This document shows, one piece after another, positions 1-9,026 of a stretch of DNA of 64,000 nt. The notes beneath the pieces were generated by a model. It saw only the letters and a list, made by a program, of their open reading frames with translations. It ran no database searches and was not told the origin of the DNA. Positions within the stretch are counted from its first letter, which is position 1. Every line of letters starts with the position of its first letter. The position numbers and the translations under genes were made by a program. Origin of the DNA: Lentimicrobiaceae bacterium (GTDB lineage Bacteria; Bacteroidota; Bacteroidia; Bacteroidales; UBA4417); assembly GCA_028697555.1 (NCBI GenBank), contig JAQVEX010000002.1, forward strand, positions 11,677-75,676, in the 5' to 3' direction.

Positions 1-122
1 ATTTCCAAAATATCAACAAAGTTTATTGGAACAATACAACTGCTAATGTTGTGATATCCCGAACTCAGTTTTTCGGTTATTTGCAGACCAATATTTATTT
101 TAGCATTCGGATATTTTATCAT
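1..122 (-). CDS. ispE: 4-diphosphocytidyl-2-C-methyl-D-erythritol kinase IspE, first 40 codons only; the gene runs off the left edge
   Basis: Not in the ORF track because it is truncated. The reverse-strand ATG at 122-120 translates to MIKYPNAKINIGLQITEKLSSGYHNISSCIVPINFVDILE, which matches the conserved IspE N-terminus (PNAKINLGL...GYH). Confidence 0.7.
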   Translation of the reverse strand, partial: MIKYPNAKINIGLQITEKLSSGYHNISSCIVPINFVDILE

Positions 123-136
123 TGTTGTGGTATAAT

Positions 137-162
137 AAAACAAAAGGCTGCTAATGCAGCCC
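137..162 (-). terminator. Putative rho-independent terminator downstream of pruA
   Basis: GGCTGC (146-151) pairs with GCAGCC (156-161). On the minus strand the stem is followed by TTTTGTTTT. Confidence 0.55.
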
Positions 163-183
163 CTTGTCCTTGGTTAAAATTTA

Positions 184-1809
184 TTACAACATAAACGGAT
201 AAGTGAAATCCGTAGCAGGTTGGAAGGTTTCTTTAATAGTACGTGGATTTGTCCAGCGTATTAAGTTAAGAGCACTTCCGGCTTTATCGTTAGTACCCGA
301 AGCACGTGAACCGCCAAATGGTTGCATTCCAACAACAGCACCGGTTGGCTTGTCGTTTATGTAGAAGTTACCGGCTGCGTAACGTAATATCTTACTTGCA
401 GTTTCAATAGCGTAGCGTTCGGTAGCAAATATAGAGCCTGTTAGTCCGTACGGAGATGTTTCATTACAAATATTTAGATATTCTTCGTATTTTTTATCTT
501 CGTAAACATAAATAGTAATAACAGGTCCGAAAATTTCTTCTTGCATAGAAACGTAGTTCGGATTGGTTGTTTCAATAACTGTTGGTTCAACAAAATAACC
601 TACTTTTTTATCACCCTTACCACCATATACTATTTTACAATCTTTCGATTTCTTAGCATTTTCGATGTATCCCATAATGTTATCGAATGAGCTTTCGTCG
701 ATAACGGCATTCATAAAGTTGCCAAAATCAGCAACATCACCCATTTTGATATTCGAAAGTTGTTCTAGCAATATTTGTTTAATTTCTGTCCACAATGATG
801 CAGGAATGTACGCTCTCGATGCAGCCGAACATTTCTGACCTTGATATTCGAATGCTCCCCTAACTATAGCTGTAGCAACTTCTAGAGAATTGGCTGAATT
901 GTGAACAAATATAAAGTCTTTACCACCTGTTTCGCCAACAATTCTGGGGTACGAAACGTAGTTGGATAAATTATCTGCAACACCTTTCCACAATGAGTTG
1001 AATGTAACGTTTGAACCTGTAAAGTGAATACCTGCAAGGTCTTTGTTTTTCAATATTTCTCCGCCTATAAGCGAGCCTGCTCCCGGAACAAAGTTAATAA
1101 CGCCATCGGGTAAGCCTGCTTCTTTATATATATGCATCAAATTGTAATTCGATAACAAAGCTGTTGTAGCCGGTTTCCAAACTGTGGTGTTACCCATCAT
1201 AATAGGCGACATGTTAAGATTTGATGCAATTGCTGTAAAGTTAAAAGGTGTAACTGCAAAAACAAATCCCTCTAATGGTCTGTATTCCATGCGGTTAAGC
1301 TGTGTTGAATCCGATTTAGGTTGGTCGGCATATATTTTCGATGCAAAATGCACGTTGTAGCGTAAAAAATCAATTGCTTCGCAAGCAGTGTCAATTTCAG
1401 CTTGATATACGTTTTTGCTTTGTCCTAACATTGTAGCGGCAAGCATTTTACTTCTGTATTTTTTCGAAATAAGTTCGGCAGCGCGTAGCATTATAGAGCT
1501 TCTTTCTTCCCATGGGAGGTTTTCCCATTCGGCTTTTGCAGCCATAGCCGCTCTTATCGCCATGTTTACTTCTTTTTCAGATGCTTTGTGGTATGTAGCT
1601 AAAATCTTTTTGTGGTTATGAGGCATTACCACTTTTCCGGTTTTACCGGTGCGTATTTCTTCACCGCCAATAATAATTGGAATATCGGTGGTTTCTTTGC
1701 TCATTCGTTTTAGTTCTGCTACCAAACTTTCACGTTCGGGACTACCTTTTGCAAATTGTAAAATAGGCTCATTATGAGGCTGTTCGAAGTTGTAATTTGA
1801 GTTTATCAT
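184..1809 (-). CDS. pruA: L-glutamate gamma-semialdehyde (1-pyrroline-5-carboxylate) dehydrogenase, aldehyde dehydrogenase family
   Basis: 541-aa ORF with aldehyde dehydrogenase architecture (EETGGKD, catalytic GQKCSA) and the length and N-terminus typical of P5C dehydrogenases. Confidence 0.85.
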   Translation of the reverse strand: MINSNYNFEQPHNEPILQFAKGSPERESLVAELKRMSKETTDIPIIIGGEEIRTGKTGKVVMPHNHKKILATYHKASEKEVNMAIRAAMAAKAEWENLPWEERSSIMLRAAELISKKYRSKMLAATMLGQSKNVYQAEIDTACEAIDFLRYNVHFASKIYADQPKSDSTQLNRMEYRPLEGFVFAVTPFNFTAIASNLNMSPIMMGNTTVWKPATTALLSNYNLMHIYKEAGLPDGVINFVPGAGSLIGGEILKNKDLAGIHFTGSNVTFNSLWKGVADNLSNYVSYPRIVGETGGKDFIFVHNSANSLEVATAIVRGAFEYQGQKCSAASRAYIPASLWTEIKQILLEQLSNIKMGDVADFGNFMNAVIDESSFDNIMGYIENAKKSKDCKIVYGGKGDKKVGYFVEPTVIETTNPNYVSMQEEIFGPVITIYVYEDKKYEEYLNICNETSPYGLTGSIFATERYAIETASKILRYAAGNFYINDKPTGAVVGMQPFGGSRASGTNDKAGSALNLIRWTNPRTIKETFQPATDFTYPFML

Positions 1810-1838
1810 AATTTTATAATTAAATTTTAATTTTTTTG

Positions 1839-1846
1839 CAAAGTTA
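1839..1846 (-). promoter_or_regulatory. Bacteroidota -7 promoter box (TAACTTTG) for pruA
   Basis: Reverse complement matches the TAnnTTTG consensus, 30 nt upstream of the ATG at 1809. Confidence 0.45.
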
Positions 1847-1906
1847 CAAATATTTTTGCATTGATATAAATAATTAATTTTTTGACAGTTTATATCGTAT
1901 ATTTTT

Positions 1907-1914
1907 TACTTTTG
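1907..1914 (+). promoter_or_regulatory. Bacteroidota -7 promoter box (TACTTTTG) for trkA
   Basis: TAnnTTTG match 52 nt upstream of the trkA ATG. Confidence 0.45.
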
Positions 1915-1965
1915 CGTAGTATATTGCAAACAGTTTTTGCATGAATTATTTCCACTAACAGAATT

Positions 1966-3303
1966 ATGAAAATCATTATAGCAGGTGCGGGACAGGTTGG
2001 GGCTCATTTGGCTAAGTTATTATCGCAAGAAAATCACGATATTATGCTGATTGACGTCGATAAGGACAGATTGCAGGCAGTAAGCGAAAAGGTTGAGATA
2101 TTGACATACGCCGGCAGTAGCATCTCTAAAAAAACTCTTACAGACGTTGAGGTTAGCAAGTGCGACTTGTTTATTGCCGTTACGCCGGAAGAATCGACTA
2201 ATATTTTGTCGTGTATGCTTGCCTCTGAGTTGGGAGCAGTAAAGACTCTTGCTCGTATTGATAAAGACGAATATTTACACGGTGTCAATCAGGTGTTTTT
2301 TACAAAGCAAGGTGTTGATTCAATGATTTATCCTGAAAAAACTGCTGCTTTAGAAATTGTTGCTGCTCTTCGCAACCCTTGGACTAGGTCGTATTGGGAA
2401 CTTCTTGACGGTTCTATCATATTGGCAGGTTGCAAAATCAGGAATAATGCTCCCATTTGTGGAAAAACTCTTGAAGAAATATCTAAAAAACGCAAATTAT
2501 TTCACGTTGTTTCAATTAAGCGTAATAATAAGACTATTATTCCTTTCGGTAAAGATAAAATATTGCACAACGACCTTGTTTATTACGCTACGCTTAAAGA
2601 GCATTTCTTAAAACTCAACGAGCCTATGGGTAAAGAGACTTACTACGTAAAAAATGTTATCATTATGGGTGGAAGTCGAATAGGGGAGTGGGTTGCGCGA
2701 TTGTTGGGTAATGATGTAAATGTTAAGGTTATTGAGATAAATCAGGCAAGAGCCGAAAAACTTTCGGAAGATATTGGGCAAAAAGCAACAATCTTGGTCG
2801 GCGATGGCTTAGATAATGAGCTTCTTGTAGAAGAAGGCATTGAAGGAACCGATGCCTTTATCGCAGTTACAGGAAATACCGAAGCCAATATTTTATCGTG
2901 TTTGGCTGCTAAAAATTACGGTGTTAAAAAAACTATTGCCGAAATTGAAAATCTTGACTTTATATCTATAGCTCAAAGCTTAGATATTGGTACTATTATC
3001 AACAAAAAACACATAGCAGCAAGCAAGATATATGAACTTTTGCTGAAGGCTGATGTTTCTAATTTTAAGTGTCTTAACTTTGCCGATGCCAATGTGGGGG
3101 AAATTACAGCACAGCCCGGTTCGAAGGTTACTAAAAGAAAAGTTAAGGATTTAAACTTACCTGCTGATTTTACGTTTGGAGCTTTAGTTAGAGAGGGAAA
3201 ACCAATGCTTATAGATGGCGAAACGCAAATTAAAGAATGGGATCAAGTTGTAGTGTTTTTCTTTAATAAATCGCTAAAACAGGTTGAAAAACTATTCCAT
3301 TAA
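1966..3303 (+). CDS. trkA: Trk potassium uptake system NAD-binding subunit TrkA
   Basis: 445 aa with two Rossmann TrkA-N motifs (IIGAGQVG, IMGGSRIG). Sits immediately upstream of trkH. Confidence 0.9.
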   Translation: MKIIIAGAGQVGAHLAKLLSQENHDIMLIDVDKDRLQAVSEKVEILTYAGSSISKKTLTDVEVSKCDLFIAVTPEESTNILSCMLASELGAVKTLARIDKDEYLHGVNQVFFTKQGVDSMIYPEKTAALEIVAALRNPWTRSYWELLDGSIILAGCKIRNNAPICGKTLEEISKKRKLFHVVSIKRNNKTIIPFGKDKILHNDLVYYATLKEHFLKLNEPMGKETYYVKNVIIMGGSRIGEWVARLLGNDVNVKVIEINQARAEKLSEDIGQKATILVGDGLDNELLVEEGIEGTDAFIAVTGNTEANILSCLAAKNYGVKKTIAEIENLDFISIAQSLDIGTIINKKHIAASKIYELLLKADVSNFKCLNFADANVGEITAQPGSKVTKRKVKDLNLPADFTFGALVREGKPMLIDGETQIKEWDQVVVFFFNKSLKQVEKLFH

Positions 3304-3311
3304 CAAGCGCA

Positions 3312-4784
3312 ATGAAAAGTTTTAATTTCAGATTTGTACTAAACTTTTTGGGATTGCTTATTGTTTTCCAATCACTTATGATGTTAGTGATGGCATTTGT
3401 AGGCAAGCTACTTTTAGACGAAAGTTTTGTAGTTAGTAGTTTTTATTCTTCGGTAATAATAACATTGGCAACCGGACTGATTTTTCTGTTAGCAGGAAAA
3501 AGAGGTACTTCACTTGAAAATTCCATTAATGTCCGCGAAGGTTTTTTTATTGTTACTTTTTCGTGGATACTACTTAGTTTAACAGGTTTATTACCGTACT
3601 ATATAAGCGGATTTATACCTAATTTTGTTGACGCTTATTTTGAAACTATATCGGGTTATACTACAACAGGAAGCACCATACTTAATAATATAGAAGAATT
3701 TCCTAAGTCGTTGTTATTATGGCGAGCTCTAACACATTGGATTGGAGGTATAGGTATTATTGTTTTTGCATTAGTTTTTGTGCCTCTTTTTGGCGGCTCT
3801 GCCGTTTCTTTGTTCAGAGCAGAAGTAAGCGGCTTTTTACCAAATCAAATCAAGCCGAGGGTTGCACAAGTTGCTAAAAGGCTTTTCGCAATTTATGTTG
3901 GATTTTCCTTGTTAGGTTTCTTTTTACTTTGGTTAGGTCCTATGGATGCCTTCGATGCAATAACACACGTTTTCGCTGCCATTGCAACAGGTGGGTTCTC
4001 AACCAAACAGGCGAGTATAGCGGCATTTAATTCATCTTATGTTGAATACGTTTTAATATTTATAATGTTTGTAGGCGGAACTAACTTTTCGTTGATGTTT
4101 TTGTCATTAAGAAATAAAAGTTTTAAACCGCTTGTCCGCGACCAAGAATTTAGGTGGTATTTTATTATAGCAATATCTTTCGCTGTTATTATTGCATTGT
4201 CATTGATTTTGCGAAAAATTATTCCTGATGTTGAATATGCTATTCGTACTTCACTTTTTAGTGTAGTGTCCGTTATGACAACTACAGGTTTTGCAACAGC
4301 CGATTATACTCTTTGGGGAACACCTTATTGGATAGTTTTCTTATTTCTGATGTTGTTTTGTGCTTCAGCCGGTTCAACATCAGGAGGAATGAAAATTTCT
4401 AGGCTTGTTATTATGCTTAAAAGCTTAGGAGTAGAGTTCAAAAAACAAGTGCACCCACAGGCTGTGTATACAGTGTTTTACAGCAAGCATCCTGTTCCAA
4501 AACCGGTGGTTTCGCAGGTCTTCAATTTTGTTTTTATTTATTTGTTTATTTTTGCTATAGGTGCTTTACTAATAAGTATTGCCGGTGTTCCTTTTGAAGA
4601 GGCTATTGGAGCATCTCTAACATCTATTAGTAATGTTGGTCCTGGTTTGGGAGCGAGTGGTCCTTGTGGTACTTTCGCTCACTTCAATGATTTCTCAAAA
4701 ATTATTATGTGTCTGCTTATGCTTATTGGCAGGTTGGAAGTGTTTACGGTTCTTTCGTTATTTATCCCAAGTTTTTGGAAATAA
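3312..4784 (+). CDS. trkH: Trk potassium uptake system membrane subunit TrkH
   Basis: 490-aa polytopic membrane protein with repeated TTTG/TGGFS/TSGG selectivity-filter-like motifs. Paired with trkA. Confidence 0.9.
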   Translation: MKSFNFRFVLNFLGLLIVFQSLMMLVMAFVGKLLLDESFVVSSFYSSVIITLATGLIFLLAGKRGTSLENSINVREGFFIVTFSWILLSLTGLLPYYISGFIPNFVDAYFETISGYTTTGSTILNNIEEFPKSLLLWRALTHWIGGIGIIVFALVFVPLFGGSAVSLFRAEVSGFLPNQIKPRVAQVAKRLFAIYVGFSLLGFFLLWLGPMDAFDAITHVFAAIATGGFSTKQASIAAFNSSYVEYVLIFIMFVGGTNFSLMFLSLRNKSFKPLVRDQEFRWYFIIAISFAVIIALSLILRKIIPDVEYAIRTSLFSVVSVMTTTGFATADYTLWGTPYWIVFLFLMLFCASAGSTSGGMKISRLVIMLKSLGVEFKKQVHPQAVYTVFYSKHPVPKPVVSQVFNFVFIYLFIFAIGALLISIAGVPFEEAIGASLTSISNVGPGLGASGPCGTFAHFNDFSKIIMCLLMLIGRLEVFTVLSLFIPSFWK

Positions 4785-4847
4785 ATTTAATTATTACTGC
4801 CCGATAAAACCTTGAAAAAGGACATCATTCTGCGGCTTGTGTTAATT

Positions 4848-4953
4848 GCCTTTAGCCTTTAGCCTTTGGCTATTAGCCATTAGCCAAACTCAGCCAACAG
4901 CCAACAGCCAATAGCCAATAGCCAATAGCCAATAGCTAATAGCTAATAGCAAT
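4848..4953. repeat. Heptamer-array element E1: 15 in-phase degenerate 7-mers (GCCTTTA x2 ... CAGCCAA x3, TAGCCAA x4, TAGCTAA x2)
   Basis: Read directly from the sequence. The period of 7 is maintained from 4848 to 4953. Lies between the convergent trkH and carbonic anhydrase genes. Confidence 0.9.
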
Positions 4954-4991
4954 GACAATTTATAAAAGGTTAAAACCAAAAGTCGAAAAGG

Positions 4992-5660
4992 TTAGTCTAC
5001 TTTAACAAACTTCTTCAGTTCTTTATCGTAGTTATAAATTCTACCCTCTTCAATTTGGTAGTACCAACCATATACGTTTAGCTCGCCTGCTTTAACTTTT
5101 TTTCGGATATACGGGTAATCCATCAAGTGTTTGATTTGCAGTACTACGTTAAGTTTTTCGGTGTAGGCTTCACGTTCTTCCAATTTCAACTTATTTTTGG
5201 CAATTTTTTTCTCTACACGTTCTTTCACGGGTCTCGCAAGTTCGAGCCAATTTCTGGTTTGGGGTAGTTTTTTCAACTCTTTATCTTTGTACAAAGCTGC
5301 ACAACCGCCGCAATTAGAGTGCCCACAAACAACTATATTCTTTACTTCTAGCTGGTTTACTGCATATTCTATTACTGCAGATGTAGCAACATAAGTAACG
5401 GATTTTCTTTTGTAAAGAGGAACGAAGTTGCCAATGTTACGAACTACGAATAGCTCGCCGGCTAAGCTTTTGGTTAGCATGTGCGGAACCACACGCGAAT
5501 CGGAGCAGCCAATAAATAATGTGTGAGGAGTTTGTTTTTCTTTTAATTCGTCGAAGAGGAGTTGATTGGGAACAAATTCCCGAGTGTTAAAATCGCGGAT
5601 ACCTTCCAATAAACGGTCTTTGTTGGTATCGGGTGTTGGGTTTGATGATGACGTTTCCAT
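4992..5660 (-). CDS. Beta-class carbonic anhydrase
   Basis: 222 aa with the zinc-ligand motifs CSDSR and HSNCGG. Confidence 0.85.
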   Translation of the reverse strand: METSSSNPTPDTNKDRLLEGIRDFNTREFVPNQLLFDELKEKQTPHTLFIGCSDSRVVPHMLTKSLAGELFVVRNIGNFVPLYKRKSVTYVATSAVIEYAVNQLEVKNIVVCGHSNCGGCAALYKDKELKKLPQTRNWLELARPVKERVEKKIAKNKLKLEEREAYTEKLNVVLQIKHLMDYPYIRKKVKAGELNVYGWYYQIEEGRIYNYDKELKKFVKVD

Positions 5661-5776
5661 AAGCTTTATATTTTTTGGGTTGTTTTTTTGAGTTTGCGAA
5701 TTTTTACATTTCGTTTTCCTATTGCCTGCTATGTGTAATAACGTCGCTCAATTTGTTTGGTTTTTTACTTTGAGAT

Positions 5777-5813
5777 AAAAAAAGTTGTCTGTATTACTTA
5801 GACAACTTTTTTT
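5777..5813 (-). terminator. Rho-independent terminator downstream of tsf
   Basis: AAAGTTGTC (5781-5789) pairs with GACAACTTT (5801-5809). Flanked by an A7 run and a T7 run, so it could act in both directions. Confidence 0.7.
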
Positions 5814-5838
5814 AATCAAAGTAAGTCATAAATAAGAA

Positions 5839-6675
5839 TTACGAACCTAACTGAAAGCGTTTCAGGTCGGTAACGGTAAAGTTCTTATCAATTCTTTGCA
5901 AGTAATCTTTAACGGAAACCTTAGCTTCGTTAATAAATTCTTGTTCCAATAAAGTGTTTTCTTTAAAGAATCTGTTAAGTTTACCCATAGCTATTTTTTC
6001 AAGCATTTCTTCGGGTTTACCTTCTGCTCTGGCTTGTTCTTTACCAATTTCAATTTCTCTGTCTATAGCACTTTGAGGGATACTGTCTTTATCAACTGCT
6101 AGCGGGTTCATTGCTGCAACCTGCATTGAAATGTCATTTCCAATTTGTTCAATATCATTTACATCTTTTTTGTTGAAACCAACTATTGCAGATAATCTGT
6201 TATCGAAGTGATTGTAGGCAGCGGTATAAGGGGCAGTAATGTGTTCGTAGTGAGCCAACTGCATTTTTTCGCCTGTTTTACCTATAAGATGTGTAACACC
6301 TTCTTCTACAGTAAATCCGTCAATTTTTATTTGAAGTAGTTCGTCCAACGATTTAGGTTGATGTTCAATTGTTGCATCGCTGATTTTGTTTGCAAAGTCG
6401 ATAAAATCTTGATTTTTTGCAACAAAATCGGTTTCACAGTTAAGCATAATAACAGATGCAAATCCGTTGTCGGCTGTAGTTCTGGCTATAACAATACCTT
6501 GATTTGCGTCTCTGTCGGCGCGGTTTACTGCTACTTTCTGACCTTTTTTTCGTAGTATATCGATAGCTGCTTCAATATCTCCGTTAGATTCAACCAATGC
6601 TTTTTTGCAGTCCATCATGCCTGCTCCTGTTATTTTTCTGAGTTCATTAACTTGAGCTGCTGTAATATTTGCCAT
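5839..6675 (-). CDS. tsf: Translation elongation factor Ts
   Basis: 278 aa with the N-terminal UBA-like motif (ITAAQVNELRKITGAGMMDCKKAL). Downstream of rpsB, as in the usual operon. Confidence 0.95.
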   Translation of the reverse strand: MANITAAQVNELRKITGAGMMDCKKALVESNGDIEAAIDILRKKGQKVAVNRADRDANQGIVIARTTADNGFASVIMLNCETDFVAKNQDFIDFANKISDATIEHQPKSLDELLQIKIDGFTVEEGVTHLIGKTGEKMQLAHYEHITAPYTAAYNHFDNRLSAIVGFNKKDVNDIEQIGNDISMQVAAMNPLAVDKDSIPQSAIDREIEIGKEQARAEGKPEEMLEKIAMGKLNRFFKENTLLEQEFINEAKVSVKDYLQRIDKNFTVTDLKRFQLGS

Positions 6676-6720
6676 AATAGAATTTAAATTTTTAAGATTA
6701 TACGTTTTTGTTTCAGAGGA

Positions 6721-7608
6721 TTATTTTCTCTTGCTGATGTTTTTTCTGGTACGTTGTTTTCTAGAATCTTCTTCGTCGCCTTCGCCTCTAACGATTCTTT
6801 TGCGTTTGCCTCTTTCTTTTTTGCTGTCTTCCATATCGTCATCTTCATCATCGTCGAAGGTGCTTACTTTGGTATCGTCGTCTTCTACTTCAACTTCGTC
6901 TTCAATTTTATCTTTTTCAAGTTTTCTTTCGTTTTTACCTTCTTCAATTGCTTCAATCATTTTAGAAACTATAAGAGCTATTGATTTCGAAGCGTCGTCG
7001 TTGGCAGGTATTGGGAAGTCAACCAAATTTGGGTCGCTGTTGGTATCAACGATAGCAAATGTAGGTATTCCTAATTTTCTTGCTTCGTCAACGGCAATAT
7101 GTTCTTTCATAATATCGACAACAAATAGCGCCGAGGGTAGTGTGTTAAGTTCGGATATTGAGCCTAAGTTTTTTTCTAAGTTAGCTCTTTCGCGTGTAAT
7201 TTGTAGGCGTTCTCTTTTAGAAATACCATCAAAAGCCGGACTGTTCATCAATGCGTCAATCGACGACATTTTTTTAACGGCTTTGCGAATGGTTGCAAAA
7301 TTAGTAAGCATACCGCCGGGCCATCTTTCGGTAACGTAAGGCATTCCTGTTGGTTTTACAAGTTCGGCTACTATTTCTTTTGCTTGTTTTTTAGTTGCTA
7401 CAAACAAAATTTTTCTACCCGATTTAGCAATTTGTTTCATAGCTGCACTTGCTTCATCAAGTTTGGCTATAGTTTTGTATAAGTCGATAATGTGGATTCC
7501 GTTGCGTTCCATAAAGATATACGGAGCCATATTCGGATTCCATTTACGTTTTAGGTGACCAAAGTGGCAACCTGCATTTAATAATTCTTCAAAATTTGTA
7601 GATGTCAT
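6721..7608 (-). CDS. rpsB: 30S ribosomal protein S2 with a roughly 60-aa highly charged C-terminal extension
   Basis: 295 aa with a conserved S2 core (GCHFGH, TERWPGGMLTN). The tail is rich in D/E followed by K/R. Confidence 0.95.
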   Translation of the reverse strand: MTSTNFEELLNAGCHFGHLKRKWNPNMAPYIFMERNGIHIIDLYKTIAKLDEASAAMKQIAKSGRKILFVATKKQAKEIVAELVKPTGMPYVTERWPGGMLTNFATIRKAVKKMSSIDALMNSPAFDGISKRERLQITRERANLEKNLGSISELNTLPSALFVVDIMKEHIAVDEARKLGIPTFAIVDTNSDPNLVDFPIPANDDASKSIALIVSKMIEAIEEGKNERKLEKDKIEDEVEVEDDDTKVSTFDDDEDDDMEDSKKERGKRKRIVRGEGDEEDSRKQRTRKNISKRK

Positions 7609-7716
7609 TTTTTATTCTTCAATTAATTAGTTTACATTCTGTTAATTTCAATTGGTAAGTAGCCATTATAGGGTCTTATCAATTTAGATACTAAACTTCC
7701 TTCAGCAAAATGCATA

Positions 7717-8103
7717 TTAACGTTTACTAAATTGGAAGCGTTTACGAGCTTTTTTCTGACCGAATTTCTTTCTTTCAACCATACGTGGGTCGCGTCTGAG
7801 CATTCCTTTGGCTTTAAGAGCCGGACGTAATTCGGCGTCTTGTTCTATAAGGGTGCGAGCTATGCCCAAACGTAACGCTTCGGCTTGTCCAGTCATACCA
7901 CCTCCTTTTATTGTAGAAACAACGTCGTATTTATCCAAATTTTCGGTAATTTGTAAAGGTTGCAGTATATTGTTTTGTAACATCGGGGTAGGAAAGTATT
8001 CTTTGTAATCTTTTCCGTTAACTGTAATACTACCGTTACCGGGTTTCATAAATACTCTTGCAATTGCTTTTTTACGTCTGCCTACTGATAATATGTTTTC
8101 CAT
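7717..8103 (-). CDS. rpsI: 30S ribosomal protein S9
   Basis: 128 aa ending in the typical KKARKRFQFSKR. Confidence 0.95.
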   Translation of the reverse strand: MENILSVGRRKKAIARVFMKPGNGSITVNGKDYKEYFPTPMLQNNILQPLQITENLDKYDVVSTIKGGGMTGQAEALRLGIARTLIEQDAELRPALKAKGMLRRDPRMVERKKFGQKKARKRFQFSKR

Positions 8104-8105
8104 TT

Positions 8106-8561
8106 TTATTTAATTTCGTTTAAATTGATTTTTACTGGTTTCTGAGCTTCTAAGTTGTGTTCAGGTCCTTCAAAAACTCTAAGGTTTCTGAATAGTTGGT
8201 TTGCTAATTTATTTTTTGGTAGCATTCCTTTAACGGCGTGTTCAACTATGAAGCATGGTTTTTTAACAAGCAATTCTTTAGGAGTTCTAAATCTTTGTCC
8301 TCCGGGGTAGCCTGTATGTCTGACGTAAACTTTATCGGTCATTTTTTTGCCTGTAAAGTTAATTTTGCTGGCATTTATAACAACAACATTGTCGCCACAG
8401 TCCATATGAGGCGAAAAATGAGGCTTGTTTTTACCTCTGAGTATATAGGCTATCTTTGAGGATAGACGTCCTAATGTTTCATTTTCAGCATCAATCAATA
8501 CCCACTTTTTCTCAATAGCAGACTTTGACGGTGTTGCTGTTTTATAACTTTGTGTGTTCAT
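8106..8561 (-). CDS. rplM: 50S ribosomal protein L13
   Basis: 151 aa with a conserved L13 N-terminus (KWVLIDAENETLGRL). Forms an operon with rpsI. Confidence 0.95.
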   Translation of the reverse strand: MNTQSYKTATPSKSAIEKKWVLIDAENETLGRLSSKIAYILRGKNKPHFSPHMDCGDNVVVINASKINFTGKKMTDKVYVRHTGYPGGQRFRTPKELLVKKPCFIVEHAVKGMLPKNKLANQLFRNLRVFEGPEHNLEAQKPVKINLNEIK

Positions 8562-8621
8562 TTTTTCAATAAAATACTGTTATTCAATTATTTTAATTTT
8601 AATTTGGATAAAAACGGTTTG

Positions 8622-8629
8622 CAAAAGTA
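8622..8629 (-). promoter_or_regulatory. Bacteroidota -7 promoter box (TACTTTTG) for rplM-rpsI
   Basis: Reverse complement matches TAnnTTTG, about 60 nt upstream of the rplM ATG. Confidence 0.45.
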
Positions 8630-8700
8630 GATATATTTTTACACTTAACCAAATGATTGAACATTATTTTTGTATTAAAAATCATTGTTGTCCAATAAAT

Positions 8701-8906
8701 GCCATTAGTCCCGAAGTTTCGGGACTGTTAGCCGTTGGCTGTTGGATAGTGATGGGTGATGGGTGATGGCTTGTCCCGAGTATTCGGGAGTGATGGGTGT
8801 GTTTTTAGTTCCTAGTTTTAAGTTATGAGACAAGAGTTGAGACACTCAGAACTCTCCCGAAACTTCGGGACAGAACTATACCCGTAACTCGCACCACGCA
8901 ACACTA
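8701..8906. repeat. Heptamer/palindrome mosaic element E2 (composite, three palindromes)
   Basis: Palindromes: GTCCCGAAGTTTCGGGAC at 8708-8725, TCCCGAGTATTCGGGA at 8774-8789, and TCCCGAAACTTCGGGA at 8855-8870 in the opposite orientation. In-phase 7-mers at 8726-8774 (TGTTAGC ... GGGTGAT x2) and 8878-8905 (ATACCCG TAACTCG CACCACG CAACACT). Confidence 0.9.
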
Positions 8907-8968
8907 ATCAAAAAAAGCTAATGACTAAAAAATATATTTATAAGGCGTTATAAGTAAAAATTTTGCAT

Positions 8969-9008
8969 AAAAAAAACGAAAGCCATAACTAATGCGGCTT
9001 TCGTTTTT
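8969..9008 (-). terminator. Rho-independent terminator downstream of the skp/ompH pair
   Basis: CGAAAGCC (8977-8984) pairs with GGCTTTCG (8996-9003). On the minus strand the stem is followed by a T8 run. Confidence 0.7.
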
Positions 9009-9026
9009 CGCTAATATTATTATGAC

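Noticed and set aside
4848-4953. Whether the tandem arrays are CRISPR arrays
   Set aside because: The period is 7 bp with no unique spacers. No repeats of 24-40 bp are present and there are no cas genes in the window.
6731-7339. 202-aa Ser-rich ORF, plus many other ORFs of 60-170 aa lying antisense to or overlapping strong genes (e.g. 21669..22190, 59856..60356, 15032..15541, 12370..12741, 58616..59005)
   Set aside because: All lie entirely within well-supported conserved CDSs on the other strand or frame. They are low-complexity shadow ORFs typical of AT-rich genomes, with no independent signals.
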